Positions 1 to 10,410 of a DNA stretch of 64,000 bases are shown piece after piece. A model generated the notes under the pieces. It was not told where the DNA came from, searched no databases, and was given only the letters and a program-made list of their open reading frames with translations. The translations under genes were made by a program, and so were the position numbers. Source of the stretch: an uncultured bacterium (GTDB lineage: Bacteria > Fidelibacterota > Marinisomatia > Marinisomatales > UBA1611); contig CBFIBM010000007.1 in assembly GCA_965660855.1 (NCBI GenBank), positions 28,569 to 92,568 of the forward strand. Direction: 5' to 3'. Numbering within the stretch: position 1 is the stretch's first letter; the number at the start of each line of letters is the position of its first letter.

Positions 1-695
1 AATATAGATTTTTCAGCATACTTTGTAAAATCTGATAAATCCAAATTATTTTTTTTATCCTTTTCATTTAAAATCTTTTTTGCAATATTATTAATATAAG
101 CGCCTTGGTAGCCATCATCTGGAAAAGAAAATTTATTACCCAGTAATTCATCATAACGAGCTTTTACAGATTGGCCAAGAATACGCATTTGTCTTCCTGC
201 ATCATTAAAATAATATTCCCTAGTAACTTTATAACCTTGCCATTCTAAAATATTTGAGACAACATCTCCTAATATTGCATTTCTTCCATGTCCAATTGTT
301 AATGGCCCTGTAGGGTTTGCACTCACAAATTCTACATTTGCAGTTTTTCCATCTCCATAATTACCTTTACCATAATTTTCATTTTTTATTAAAATAGTTT
401 TAATCTGATCTTGAAAATATTTGTTTTTTATTTTAAAGTTAATGAATCCAGGTTTTGTTATAGAGGTTTGACTAATAAAAACAGGTAGTTCTTTAGAAAA
501 ATTATCAATGATATTTTTGCCAATATCCATTGGGTTCTTTTTCAAGTCTTTCGCAATTACTAATGAGATGTTTGTAGATAAATCCCCAAAATTTTCATTT
601 TTTGATGGTGTTATTGTAAAGGTTTTTATTGGGAATGAAAGTTCAGATAAGCTTTCTAAAATTTTTTTATGAATTAAGTTTTTTAATTCATTCAT
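1..695 (-). CDS. argS: Arginine--tRNA ligase, N-terminal part (runs off the window start; not in the ORF track)
   Basis: Hand translation from ATG at 695: MNELKNLIHKKIL...NFGDLSTNISL...KPGFINFKI...VEFVSANPTGPLTIGHGRNAILGD...REYYFNDAGRQM. These are ArgRS signatures, with the HIGH motif as TIGH. Confidence 0.96.
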   Translation of the reverse strand, partial: MNELKNLIHKKILESLSELSFPIKTFTITPSKNENFGDLSTNISLVIAKDLKKNPMDIGKNIIDNFSKELPVFISQTSITKPGFINFKIKNKYFQDQIKTILIKNENYGKGNYGDGKTANVEFVSANPTGPLTIGHGRNAILGDVVSNILEWQGYKVTREYYFNDAGRQMRILGQSVKARYDELLGNKFSFPDDGYQGAYINNIAKKILNEKDKKNNLDLSDFTKYAEKSI

Positions 696-1050
696 TGTTA
701 AATTTTTCAAAAGGGGCATCTGCCCATAAGCGATCTAAAGAATAATATTCTCGATGATCTTTATTAAAAACATGAATAATAATATCAAAATAATCAATTA
801 AAACCCAATTTTGTTTATCGTAGCCTTCTAAATGTTTTGGTTTTTGTGGTGTTCCTTTTCTAATGCTATCTGTAATTGCTTTAACCTGGGGCTCTGAATT
901 TCCATGACAAATAATCATATAGTCCGTAATTGATGATAAGCCTCGAACATCTAGAATAACTAATTCCTCGGCTTTTTTATCAAGAGCTAAATTTACAATT
1001 TTTTTTAAGAGTATGTGATCTCCCACTAAACTCTTATGAGTTTTAGACAC
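688..1050 (-). CDS. rsfS: Ribosome silencing factor RsfS (Iojap family)
   Basis: DKKAEEL..LDV...S.ITDYMIICHG.S..QVKAI and EG....WVLIDYFDIIIHVF....R.YY.L.RLW.DA motifs. Confidence 0.95.
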   Translation of the reverse strand: MSKTHKSLVGDHILLKKIVNLALDKKAEELVILDVRGLSSITDYMIICHGNSEPQVKAITDSIRKGTPQKPKHLEGYDKQNWVLIDYFDIIIHVFNKDHREYYSLDRLWADAPFEKFNNE

Positions 1051-1053
1051 TTA

Positions 1054-1593
1054 TTATAATTTAGAGATGAAATTAAATAATTCTTTAAAGTCAACAATGT
1101 CTTTCCCAAGTATCACTGTGACATCAACACCTAAAGATTCATCCGGTTCATGTTTTATATTAGTCTTATTTTCAACTGATAGTCCTAAAGATTCAGCAAC
1201 AATTTTTAAGCTTTCAAAATTTTCATTTCTGCCAATAATAGTAGTTTTCAAATAATCATACTTATCAGCATTATCAGACCTTACTACATCTACTTGTTGT
1301 TGTCTCAGAAAATCGGATGCTTTAGCTGCAATTCCTTTTATACCACAACCATTTAAAACTTCTACTTTAATATCTTTAATAGGATTCTGCTCATATACTT
1401 CAATTGCAAGTCGTGGTTTTTCTTCTATTTCTGGAAATACAACATCAACCGGTATACCCTTATGAGAAACATTTTTATAGAATGAAAAAATGAAACCCAG
1501 TAGTAAAATACCTGCAATACTAATAGCACCGTTTAGGATTAAGTCATTATTTATAAGTTTAGAGTTCTTGAGTTTGTTTTTTTTTCGAGCCAT
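1054..1593 (-). CDS. Membrane-anchored LytR C-terminal domain protein
   Basis: One N-terminal TM segment, VEVLNGCGIKGIA and terminal DVTVILGKD typical of LytR_C. Adjacency to rsfS is a familiar context. Confidence 0.85.
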   Translation of the reverse strand: MARKKNKLKNSKLINNDLILNGAISIAGILLLGFIFSFYKNVSHKGIPVDVVFPEIEEKPRLAIEVYEQNPIKDIKVEVLNGCGIKGIAAKASDFLRQQQVDVVRSDNADKYDYLKTTIIGRNENFESLKIVAESLGLSVENKTNIKHEPDESLGVDVTVILGKDIVDFKELFNFISKL

Positions 1594-2067
1594 TTATTTT
1601 AATACAGAGCTGTTCATGTTTGAAAGATGGTTTTGATTAAGGTAATTAAATGGCATTCTTTGAATTCTAAACTGAATCAATGAATTTTCAGAAGGTTTGT
1701 AAGTCAAATCTGCATTGTAAGCGAAATCTAAATTATTAAAGAAGGTGGATTGCTGTTGAAAAGGTAAATTTGATTTCATTAATGTAACATTAGCATTTAA
1801 CCATAAATTATTTTTTATTTTATACATGATATTGTTATTAAAACCCGCTACTGAAAAAGATTGACCATTAGAAGAAAGCATAGACATAGTTAGTCCATAA
1901 TTATACTGAAAGTTATCTAGGTTAAAATCAAATATGGAGTGATTATTATCTAACTCTCCATTTATGTTCGTAGGCAAAGTTTGAATAGGAAGATCTACTT
2001 GAAATTGTGCAAATAAAAATCCGCAAAGGATACTTTTTGATAACAATATTTTTAATGTATTAATCAT
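1594..2067 (-). CDS. Hypothetical exported protein
   Basis: 157-aa ORF packed in the operon; signal-peptide-like N-terminus and alternating beta-strand pattern. Confidence 0.6.
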   Translation of the reverse strand: MINTLKILLSKSILCGFLFAQFQVDLPIQTLPTNINGELDNNHSIFDFNLDNFQYNYGLTMSMLSSNGQSFSVAGFNNNIMYKIKNNLWLNANVTLMKSNLPFQQQSTFFNNLDFAYNADLTYKPSENSLIQFRIQRMPFNYLNQNHLSNMNSSVLK

Positions 2068-2132
2068 AAATACTCACATAAGTTAAAACTTTTATACACA
2101 TAAGTAAAAATTATAATTTTCATACCATTAAT

Positions 2133-3206
2133 TTAATATGACGAATTTATAATTGCGCCACCCAAGCAGGTTTGATTATCATAGAATACTATTGACTGAC
2201 CATTTGCTACGGCAAATTGCTTTTCCTCAAACTCAACAATTATTTTGTCAGGATCGTCATTGATTAACTTACAGGAGTAGTCACTAGCGCGATATCGAAC
2301 TTTTGCTTTAAGATTGTTAATTCTTTCTGGCTGATTCCCATTTATCCAATGGATATTAGAAATGGTAATATATTTTTTGTATAAAAGTGGATGATCGTTC
2401 CCTTGCCCAACTATCAATTCATTTGAATTAATATTTTTATCTATAACATACCAAGGTTTCGAATTATTACTATCAATTCCGCCAATGTTTAATCCTTTTC
2501 TTTGTCCAACAGTATGGAACATTAAGCCCTCATGTTCTCCTATCAATTTTCCACTATCAGTTATAATATTGCCTGAGCATGCGGGTAGATATTGCTTTAA
2601 AAAGCTTTTAAAGTCTCGTTGTCCAATAAAGCAGATTCCGACACTATCTTTTTTGTTAAAATTATGAAAGCCCTTTTTCTTAGCATATTCTCTAACTTGA
2701 TTTTTATTTAATTCTCCTAAAGGGAATATTGATTTTGATAATTGATTTTGATTTAAACTATGTAAAAAATAGCTTTGGTCTTTTTGGGTATCTTTTCCTT
2801 TTAAAAGTTGAAAATAGTTTTTCGAATGTTCACTACGTACATAATGTCCAGTTGCGATTTTATCTGCCCCTAGATTGATAGCATAGTTCAAAAATTCTTT
2901 AAATTTTATTTCCGTATTACACATAATATCAGGATTAGGTGTCCGGCCAGATTTATATTCATCTAAAAAATATTGGAATACCTTATCCCAATATTCTTTA
3001 GCAAAATTAACACTTCTTAATGGAATATTTAGTTTATCACAGATTTGAAGAGCATCTTTATAATCCTGTTCAACTGTACAGTATTCAGGATCTTCCTCCC
3101 AATTTTTCATAAAAATTGCTTCAACATTATAGCCTTTATCTATCAGTATTGAAGCTGCAACTGCACTATCGACACCTCCGCTTACTCCAACAGCAACCTG
3201 TTCCAT
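2133..3206 (-). CDS. mnmA: tRNA-specific 2-thiouridylase MnmA
   Basis: SGGVDS PP-loop, TPNPDIMCN, ATGHY, KDQSYFL, DSVGICFIG, TVGQRKGL. Confidence 0.97.
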   Translation of the reverse strand: MEQVAVGVSGGVDSAVAASILIDKGYNVEAIFMKNWEEDPEYCTVEQDYKDALQICDKLNIPLRSVNFAKEYWDKVFQYFLDEYKSGRTPNPDIMCNTEIKFKEFLNYAINLGADKIATGHYVRSEHSKNYFQLLKGKDTQKDQSYFLHSLNQNQLSKSIFPLGELNKNQVREYAKKKGFHNFNKKDSVGICFIGQRDFKSFLKQYLPACSGNIITDSGKLIGEHEGLMFHTVGQRKGLNIGGIDSNNSKPWYVIDKNINSNELIVGQGNDHPLLYKKYITISNIHWINGNQPERINNLKAKVRYRASDYSCKLINDDPDKIIVEFEEKQFAVANGQSIVFYDNQTCLGGAIINSSY

Positions 3207-4321
3207 TAGTTATTTAATATTTTAGACAAACTTCTTACTAGAAATTCAACTTCACTAAGAGTATTTGTTGAGCCAAAACTAATTCTTAATGAAGATAAAT
3301 TTAGGCTTTCTTCTACGCCAATTTCACTCAATACTTTGGATGGTTTGGGGCTACCTGAACCGCATGCTGATCCACTTGATACTGCAATATTTAATCGATC
3401 TAATTTTGCTAGTAGGATATCTGCCCTAAATCCAGGAAATGAGATATTAACTAGGCCTGGGAGTGTTTTTTCTGATTTGCTATTAAGTTTAAATTCAGAA
3501 AATTCTTTCTTTAATTCATTTATAAAATAAGCTTGAAGCATTTTGAGTTTTTGTGAATTTTTTTCTAAGTTTTTACAACAAATTTCAGCTGCTAATCCTG
3601 CCCCAGCGATAGAAGCTACGTTTTCTGTACCACCTCGAAGTCCACTTTCTTGACTACCACCAATTATAAAACTCTCAATTGTTTTTTTATCTTTAACATA
3701 AAGAATACCAATCCCTTTTGGGCCATAAAATTTATGAGCTGAAAGACTTAAAAAGTCGATATCCAAATCCTTCGTATCAATTGAAATTTTGCCAAGGCAT
3801 TGAACGGCATCCGTATGCATTAATATATTTTTATCACGTATTAATTTTATAATTGATTTTATAGGTTGAATAGTACCTATTTCGTTATTTGACATCATTA
3901 CTGAGACTAATTTAGTCCTTGGGGTAATACATTTATCCAATTCATTTAAATTAACTAATCCATTATTATCAACATTAACTAAAGAGTAATCTAAACCAAG
4001 TAATTTAAGATGTTTTAAAACTTTTATAACTGCAGGGTGTTCAATGGTATTAGATATAACATGAGAATTCGATTTTTTTAGCATTGACCATAAAACTTGA
4101 TTGTTTGATTCTGTTCCACCACTAGTAAAAATAATTTGTTCAGGATTCGCATTAATAGCAGCGGCAATTTTAAATCGAGATTTTTCAATAATTGATTTTG
4201 CTTTTCTACCAGCAGTATAGACAGAGGAAGGATTACCATAAAAGTCTTTTTGGGTTTTATTTATCAACTCCATTACCTCTGGGTTTAATGGTGTTGTAGC
4301 ACTATGATCAAAGTAGAACAT
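3206..4321 (-). CDS. iscS: Group I cysteine desulfurase (IscS/NifS family)
   Basis: YFDHSATTP, FTSGGTESNN, HTDAVQ, SAHKFYGPKG (PLP lysine), SSGSAC (catalytic Cys). Coupled to mnmA. Confidence 0.93.
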   Translation of the reverse strand: MFYFDHSATTPLNPEVMELINKTQKDFYGNPSSVYTAGRKAKSIIEKSRFKIAAAINANPEQIIFTSGGTESNNQVLWSMLKKSNSHVISNTIEHPAVIKVLKHLKLLGLDYSLVNVDNNGLVNLNELDKCITPRTKLVSVMMSNNEIGTIQPIKSIIKLIRDKNILMHTDAVQCLGKISIDTKDLDIDFLSLSAHKFYGPKGIGILYVKDKKTIESFIIGGSQESGLRGGTENVASIAGAGLAAEICCKNLEKNSQKLKMLQAYFINELKKEFSEFKLNSKSEKTLPGLVNISFPGFRADILLAKLDRLNIAVSSGSACGSGSPKPSKVLSEIGVEESLNLSSLRISFGSTNTLSEVEFLVRSLSKILNN

Positions 4322-4359
4322 TTAAAATATCTTAGAGCTTTATTATTATACCAGTAGGT

Positions 4360-5136
4360 TTATAAATCGTTTCTAATAGATGCAAACTTTAAAGTGTTCT
4401 TTAAGTTTTGATAAAAAGGAGGTTTTCTTTCTTCTAATTTTTTTGCAGTTAAACTTGTATCATAATCGTATCGTTTAACATCCCAATTAATCCCTTTGTC
4501 TGAAACAGTTAAAAAAGCAACAGCTCCTCTTGGATCGCGATCAAAAGGTAAACCAGTTGCACCTTGACAAAGAATTGTAAGGTTTTCGATAGTATGATTT
4601 CTTGGAACATGAACATGGCCGTGGACAAAAACAATTTTCTCTATATTTGGATTGGCTTCTATTACCTCATCTCTCCATTTGAGGCCTTCGGTCGCTGATG
4701 GGGGCTTATCATCTCTTTTAAACCACGCATGATTGAATTCAATTAGTGTATTTCCAATTATTTCTCTGTGCGCTATTTTCATTTCTTTACAAAAATTAAT
4801 TCCTTGTATTCCAATTTGTTCAGCAGTCCATTTCTCGTTTTGTACTATTGCTTTAGTAATCGGATCGTCGGGGTCCATGCCTTCTAAAGTAGGACTTTTA
4901 TCTTCCCAGAGACGTTCAACGAGGTATCGATCATGATTTCCTCTAATAAAAATACAGTTTTTTAAATCTTGGAGTATTTCCAATGTCTTTTCTGGCTCGG
5001 GTCCTAAAGCAAAACAATCTCCTAAGCAAATTAATTGATCAATACTACCGTATTCTTCAATTATTGCAAGTGATGATTTTAAAGATTCTAAATTAGAATG
5101 GATATCAGTGATTATTGCAAAGGTCTTAGCTTTCAT
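4360..5136 (-). CDS. Calcineurin-like metallophosphoesterase
   Basis: DIHSN, LGD, GNHD, H and GHVH motifs in order. Confidence 0.88.
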   Translation of the reverse strand: MKAKTFAIITDIHSNLESLKSSLAIIEEYGSIDQLICLGDCFALGPEPEKTLEILQDLKNCIFIRGNHDRYLVERLWEDKSPTLEGMDPDDPITKAIVQNEKWTAEQIGIQGINFCKEMKIAHREIIGNTLIEFNHAWFKRDDKPPSATEGLKWRDEVIEANPNIEKIVFVHGHVHVPRNHTIENLTILCQGATGLPFDRDPRGAVAFLTVSDKGINWDVKRYDYDTSLTAKKLEERKPPFYQNLKNTLKFASIRNDL

Positions 5137-5278
5137 GTTACTAAAATATACTTTTTTTAGATTCGGATGGTCAAGATTTAAATTTATAATGAAATTATAT
5201 TCACATTTGGGTGAGTTTAGATAATTGTTTAATTTACAATAGTAACATAATTATCTTAATTCAAATTAAAAAAATATC

Positions 5279-6178
5279 TTGAAACCAAAATCTATCCTTT
5301 TACTGGGATCAATTGCACTAGATACAATCAAAACTAAATATGGTGAAGAAGCCGATCTAATTGGAGGATCTGCAACTTATGCAGCGATTTCTTCAAGCTT
5401 ATTTACTAAAGTAAATTTGGTTGGAATCATTGGAGATGATTTTCCTGATAAAGGAAAAGAAATATTAAAAAACTCGTGTAATTCAATTAAAGATTTGATA
5501 ATTGAAAAGGGGAAAACATTTAGATGGGGAGGAGAGTATCATGAAAATGGAGATGATAGAAAAACTCTTTTTACTGATTTAGGTGTTTTTGAGAATTTTT
5601 CTCCACAATTATCATCTGAAAATTCAAATCCAGATTTTATTTTTTTAGCAAACATTCATCCCGAATTACAACTATCAGTGCTGAATCAATGTAAAAGTAA
5701 CCCGTTTGTTATAACAGATACAATGAACCTCTGGATTGATATAGCTGGGGATTCGTTAGAAAAAGTATTGAGATTAACAGACCTGTTACTTATAAATCAA
5801 TCTGAAGTATATGATTTAACTAAAATTAAAAATGTAGAACTATCCATAAAAAAGATATTTGAAATGGGTCCAAAAAAAGTGTTAGTTAAATATGGAAGTA
5901 AAGGGTCTACTATTTATGATATTGATGGAACCGTTTTCTCAGTTGGTGTTGTTGATATTCCTAAAGTGATCGATCCTACTGGTGCAGGTGATAGTTATGG
6001 TGGAGGACTTTTAAGTGGTCTTGCTGAAGGGCTAACAATTAAAGATTCAATGTTTAGAGGAACAGTTATGGCTTCATTTTGTATCGAAGACTTTGGTATT
6101 AAATCAATATATAATTTGAATATTGATAAGGTTAACGAGAGAATAACAACTTTAAGAAAAGCAGAGGAATATGTTTAA
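5279..6178 (+). CDS. PfkB-family carbohydrate/nucleoside kinase
   Basis: GGSATYAA and DPTGAGDSYGGG signatures; TTG start. Confidence 0.9.
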   Translation: MKPKSILLLGSIALDTIKTKYGEEADLIGGSATYAAISSSLFTKVNLVGIIGDDFPDKGKEILKNSCNSIKDLIIEKGKTFRWGGEYHENGDDRKTLFTDLGVFENFSPQLSSENSNPDFIFLANIHPELQLSVLNQCKSNPFVITDTMNLWIDIAGDSLEKVLRLTDLLLINQSEVYDLTKIKNVELSIKKIFEMGPKKVLVKYGSKGSTIYDIDGTVFSVGVVDIPKVIDPTGAGDSYGGGLLSGLAEGLTIKDSMFRGTVMASFCIEDFGIKSIYNLNIDKVNERITTLRKAEEYV

Positions 6179-6226
6179 TAGATTATATTTTTTATAATTA
6201 GATAAATAATTATCAGAGAGGAATGA

Positions 6227-7342
6227 ATGTTAAAAAAGAATACTATATTTTTTTCAGTTTGTTTAGTAATGAGTGCAATTTTTATATCGTGCTCTAGCCA
6301 AGAATACACTACTGCAAAGCTAGCTGTTCAGCAATCAGATTTTAAAAAAGCTGCAGAATGGCTGCCAAAAGCAATGGCTGTGGAGCCAGATAATCCAGAG
6401 ATACCAATAGTTATGGCAGTAGAAATATATGCAGAAAATGATCAGTGGGCGGACTTTACTGATATGTTCAATAAAGCGATGTCTATCAACCCAGAAAAGA
6501 TTATTGAAGTTAGAGGAGCTTTTGCCCCAGTGGAAGATGCTGTAAAAAATTATACCGAATTTTATTGGGCAAAAGAGTTTAATTCTGGAGTAGAGCAATT
6601 TAAAAAAATACAAGATGACCCTGAGAATAAAATTAGTCATCTTGAAACTGCTATATTACACTTTACTAATGCATCAATTATTAATCCAAAAGATGTTAAT
6701 ACACATGTTACCTTAGCAAAGTGTTATTTTGATAAAGGGGATGAAAAATCAGCTAAAGAATCAGCTATCTCTGCAGTAGAAACAAACCCGGATAGTTTTG
6801 ATGCAAATTTTGGAGCAGCACAAATTCTTGGCAGGGTAGGCTTGTCTTCGTCAAATTTGTTACCTTATTATCAGAAAGCAGTCCTAATACAGCCTTCAAA
6901 TAGTAGAGCACTAAGAGAATTAGCAAGTACTTATTATGACTTGGGCCAGAAAGATAAGTCAATTAGTGTATTTGAGGATGCTATAATTAATGAGAAAGAT
7001 GAAATTGTAAAAGCTGATTTATATTTTAATTTAGGGGTAATACACAATCAAACTGGTAATTATGAAGAAGCAGAGAAGTCTTTTGACGAAGCATTTTATT
7101 TAAATGAAGATGATTTTGAAGCCGCTCTTGGTATGGCACGTGCTTATGAAGGGTTAGGTGATAACTTTTTAAATGGTTCTGAGGGTTTTGAAAAAGATTT
7201 GGATAAAGCAGCTAGATGGTTTCGAAAAGCTGAAAAGAAAATTAAATCAGTAATGATTATAGATATTGACAATAAAGATATTTATAAGAAAAACTTAGAT
7301 ATTATTAGGTTTAAAAGAGATATAGCAGAAGGAGTGAGTTAA
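6227..7342 (+). CDS. Tetratricopeptide-repeat lipoprotein
   Basis: Lipobox-like IFISC and several TPR-like helix pairs (e.g. LYFNLGVIHNQTGNYEEAEKSFDEA). Confidence 0.8.
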   Translation: MLKKNTIFFSVCLVMSAIFISCSSQEYTTAKLAVQQSDFKKAAEWLPKAMAVEPDNPEIPIVMAVEIYAENDQWADFTDMFNKAMSINPEKIIEVRGAFAPVEDAVKNYTEFYWAKEFNSGVEQFKKIQDDPENKISHLETAILHFTNASIINPKDVNTHVTLAKCYFDKGDEKSAKESAISAVETNPDSFDANFGAAQILGRVGLSSSNLLPYYQKAVLIQPSNSRALRELASTYYDLGQKDKSISVFEDAIINEKDEIVKADLYFNLGVIHNQTGNYEEAEKSFDEAFYLNEDDFEAALGMARAYEGLGDNFLNGSEGFEKDLDKAARWFRKAEKKIKSVMIIDIDNKDIYKKNLDIIRFKRDIAEGVS

Positions 7343-7346
7343 GGTT

Positions 7347-8249
7347 TCAAATTAATCGGTTCCGCTTGTCTAAATAGTTTGTAATGCATTCTCTTAAGTT
7401 TTTATTTGTTATTACAGGAATATAATCGATTAATAGTTGGTTACACTCCCTCTTGAATCTATCTTGTCTTTCTTTAACTATTTGCATATAATTTTCTCTA
7501 ATATGCCATGGATCTGTGATTATTTCTTCTTCAGTTTCCATGTCAATAAATTTAGAGCGCTCATTAAAATTAAAGTAGACTTCTTCTTTATCTAAAATAT
7601 GAAAAACGATGACTTCTTGTTTTCTATGGCGAAAATGCTTTAAACCATTTATAATTTTTGTTGGATCATCTAATAAATCAGATATTAAAATTATTAATCC
7701 TCGTTTATTAATCCTTTCTGCCATTTCATGTAAGACTGGCTCAATGTTAGTATCTGATCCTTTAGAATTATCGCTTAATTTTCCGATTATTGTTTTGAGA
7801 TGGCTTCTTTTCGCTTTAGGCGATATGAAAGTATTAATCCTATCAGAAAACTGAATAAGCCCTACAGCATCTTGCTGGTTAATCATTAAATATGCCAATG
7901 AGGCTAAAAGTGAGTTTGAATAGTTGATTTTTGAAACCTTTCCACTGGAGAATGACATAGACTTACTATTATCTAATATGATATAAGTTTTGAGATTTGT
8001 TTCTTCTTCATATCTTTTAATATATAGACGGTCTGTTTTTCCATATAATTTCCAATCGATATTTCTGATTTCATCACCTAAATCGTAAGCTTTATGTTCG
8101 GCAAACTCTACTGAAAACCCATGATAAGGGCTGCGATGTTTTCCAATTATATAACCCTCTACAATTAATCGAGCTCTGAGTGCAATAGAGCTAATTGTAG
8201 ATACAATTTCTGGATCTAAATACTTTCTTTTGTCTTTATAATTAGACAT
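7347..8249 (-). CDS. DUF58 family (VWA-like) protein
   Basis: G.HRS...G.SVEFAEHK.Y..GD.IR.IDWK...K....YIKRYEEE and DNSKSM MIDAS-like motif; follows a MoxR ATPase. Confidence 0.92.
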   Translation of the reverse strand: MSNYKDKRKYLDPEIVSTISSIALRARLIVEGYIIGKHRSPYHGFSVEFAEHKAYDLGDEIRNIDWKLYGKTDRLYIKRYEEETNLKTYIILDNSKSMSFSSGKVSKINYSNSLLASLAYLMINQQDAVGLIQFSDRINTFISPKAKRSHLKTIIGKLSDNSKGSDTNIEPVLHEMAERINKRGLIILISDLLDDPTKIINGLKHFRHRKQEVIVFHILDKEEVYFNFNERSKFIDMETEEEIITDPWHIRENYMQIVKERQDRFKRECNQLLIDYIPVITNKNLRECITNYLDKRNRLI

Positions 8250-9241
8250 TATTCAGGATAAGCTTCAATTAGCTTCTCCAAAATATCATCTATTTTCAAC
8301 CCCTCTGCTTCAGCATTAAAATTAGGTAGGACTCGATGTCTTAGAATGGGTGGGATTAGCATATGAATATCCTTGATATCGGGTGTTGGCCTTCCATCTA
8401 GAAGAGCTTTTGCTTTTGCGGCAAGAATCAGATATTGAGATGCTCTTGGTCCCGCACCCCAGTCAACTGAATTCTTTATAAATTCCAAGTCAGAGGAAGC
8501 TGGTCTTGTTGCTGATACAATTTTTACTGCATAATTTACAACATTGTCCGAGACTGGTACTCTCCTCACTAAATCTTGGTAATTAGTAATTTGATTTCTG
8601 GTAAGAACTGGATTAATTATTTTTTTTTCTTCTGACGTTGTATTTCTCACTATTTCTATTTCATCTTCGAGTTTCGGATAGTCTATTTTTAGGTTAAACA
8701 TAAAGCGGTCTAGTTGCGCTTCAGGTAGAGGGTAAGTACCTTCTTGTTCAATTGGATTTTGGGTAGCAAGAACAAAAAAAGGTTCTTCTAAATTATAACT
8801 ATTTCCGCCTGCCGTGACTCTATGTTCTTGCATTGCCTCAAGCAATGCAGCCTGAGTTTTTGGAGGTGTCCTGTTTATTTCATCTGCAAGAACAATGTTT
8901 GCAAATACGGGTCCTTTAAAAAATCTAAATGATCTCTTTCCAGTTTCTTGATCAATATCAATCAATTCAGTTCCAGTTATATCACTAGGCATTAGGTCTG
9001 GAGTGAATTGGATTCTTTTAAATGTCAAGTCTAGAACCTCTGACAAAGTTTGAATAATTAGAGTTTTAGCAAGGCCTGGAACTCCAACTAATAAAGAATG
9101 CCCTTTGGCTAAGATTGCTATAAGCATTAAATCTAGGATCTCTTTTTGCCCAACAATAATTTTTCCTGCCTCTTTGAAAAAAAGTTTTTTAGAGTTAATT
9201 AGTTGTTCAAGTAATTCTAAGTCGTCAATTTTTTGATTCAT
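8249..9241 (-). CDS. MoxR-family AAA+ ATPase
   Basis: GVPGLAKT Walker A, RIQFTPDLMPSD, LADEINR, ATQNPIEQEGTYPLPEAQLDRF. Confidence 0.96.
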   Translation of the reverse strand: MNQKIDDLELLEQLINSKKLFFKEAGKIIVGQKEILDLMLIAILAKGHSLLVGVPGLAKTLIIQTLSEVLDLTFKRIQFTPDLMPSDITGTELIDIDQETGKRSFRFFKGPVFANIVLADEINRTPPKTQAALLEAMQEHRVTAGGNSYNLEEPFFVLATQNPIEQEGTYPLPEAQLDRFMFNLKIDYPKLEDEIEIVRNTTSEEKKIINPVLTRNQITNYQDLVRRVPVSDNVVNYAVKIVSATRPASSDLEFIKNSVDWGAGPRASQYLILAAKAKALLDGRPTPDIKDIHMLIPPILRHRVLPNFNAEAEGLKIDDILEKLIEAYPE

Positions 9242-9372
9242 ATTTGATTGCTTTATTTATATAATGATTTGAAAATTAAGCAACACAAGATACCCTACAA
9301 AGAAAGAAAAAGAATTTAATTTTAAATAATTTAGTATTTGAGATTAACAAGTCTTTGTTCAAATTCAGGAAT

Positions 9373-10410
9373 ATGCAAAACCTCATAGATAAACCAATTG
9401 TCGGACAATCAAGAAAAGAGCTAGAAAATGCATTAGTTTCTATTAATGAAAAGTCATTTAGGGGAAGACAGATATTTGATTGGATTTATAAAAAACAAAT
9501 TTATGACTTTACAAAAATGTCAGATTTACCAAGTCATCTTCGTGAAAAGTTAAAATCAAAAAAAATACATCCTTTGAATCTCATCAAGGGTAAAAATAGT
9601 AGTACAAAAAAAACAAAGAAATTCCTCTTTCAATTGGGTACTGGTGAGCAAGTCGAATCGGTTCTAATGGAACATGGAGATAGAAATACTATATGTCTAT
9701 CAACACAAGTTGGTTGTGCAGTAGATTGTGGTTTTTGCGCGACAGCGAAAATGGGATTTATAAAAAATTTAACTGTAGGAGAGATAATTGACCAATTCAT
9801 ACAACTTAGGCAGATAAGTAATAAAAAAATTACAAATGTTGTTTTTATGGGAATGGGAGAACCTTTTTTAAATTATAGAAATACAATCTCTGCTGCAGAA
9901 CTATTAAATAATTCTAATGGAATTAACATGGCTGCATGGAGGATTACAATTTCTACTTCAGGTATAATAAATAAAATAAATCAATTTACAGAAGAAAAGC
10001 AGCCTTATAAGTTAGCAATCAGTCTAAACGGTATCTCGCAGAGCCAAAGATTAAAAACAATGCCAATCACAAAAAATCAAACATTTTCAAACTTACTCAT
10101 TGCCGCAAAAAACTATGCATATAACTCCAGGAAAAAAGTGACATTTGAATATGTTTTGTTAGATGGAATAAATGATCAACCATCTGACGGAAGAAAATTA
10201 ATGAGAATTTTAAACAATACTAATTGTAAATTAAATGTCATTCCATATAATGAAATTAATGGAGAGTATAAGCGACCTAGTGAGACGACAATTAATAACT
10301 TTTTAGATAGTTTGAAAAATGCAATGTTTCCAGTTACTGTGAGGTGGAGTAAAGGTCAAGACATTGACGCTGGTTGTGGACAATTAGTGACCGCAATTGG
10401 TAAGATATGA
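9373..10410 (+). CDS. rlmN: 23S rRNA/tRNA adenine C2-methyltransferase RlmN
   Basis: CAVDCGFC radical-SAM motif, MGMGEP, terminal DIDAGCGQL. ATG 9373 (preceded by AGGA) preferred to TTG 9355. Confidence 0.95.
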   Translation: MQNLIDKPIVGQSRKELENALVSINEKSFRGRQIFDWIYKKQIYDFTKMSDLPSHLREKLKSKKIHPLNLIKGKNSSTKKTKKFLFQLGTGEQVESVLMEHGDRNTICLSTQVGCAVDCGFCATAKMGFIKNLTVGEIIDQFIQLRQISNKKITNVVFMGMGEPFLNYRNTISAAELLNNSNGINMAAWRITISTSGIINKINQFTEEKQPYKLAISLNGISQSQRLKTMPITKNQTFSNLLIAAKNYAYNSRKKVTFEYVLLDGINDQPSDGRKLMRILNNTNCKLNVIPYNEINGEYKRPSETTINNFLDSLKNAMFPVTVRWSKGQDIDAGCGQLVTAIGKI

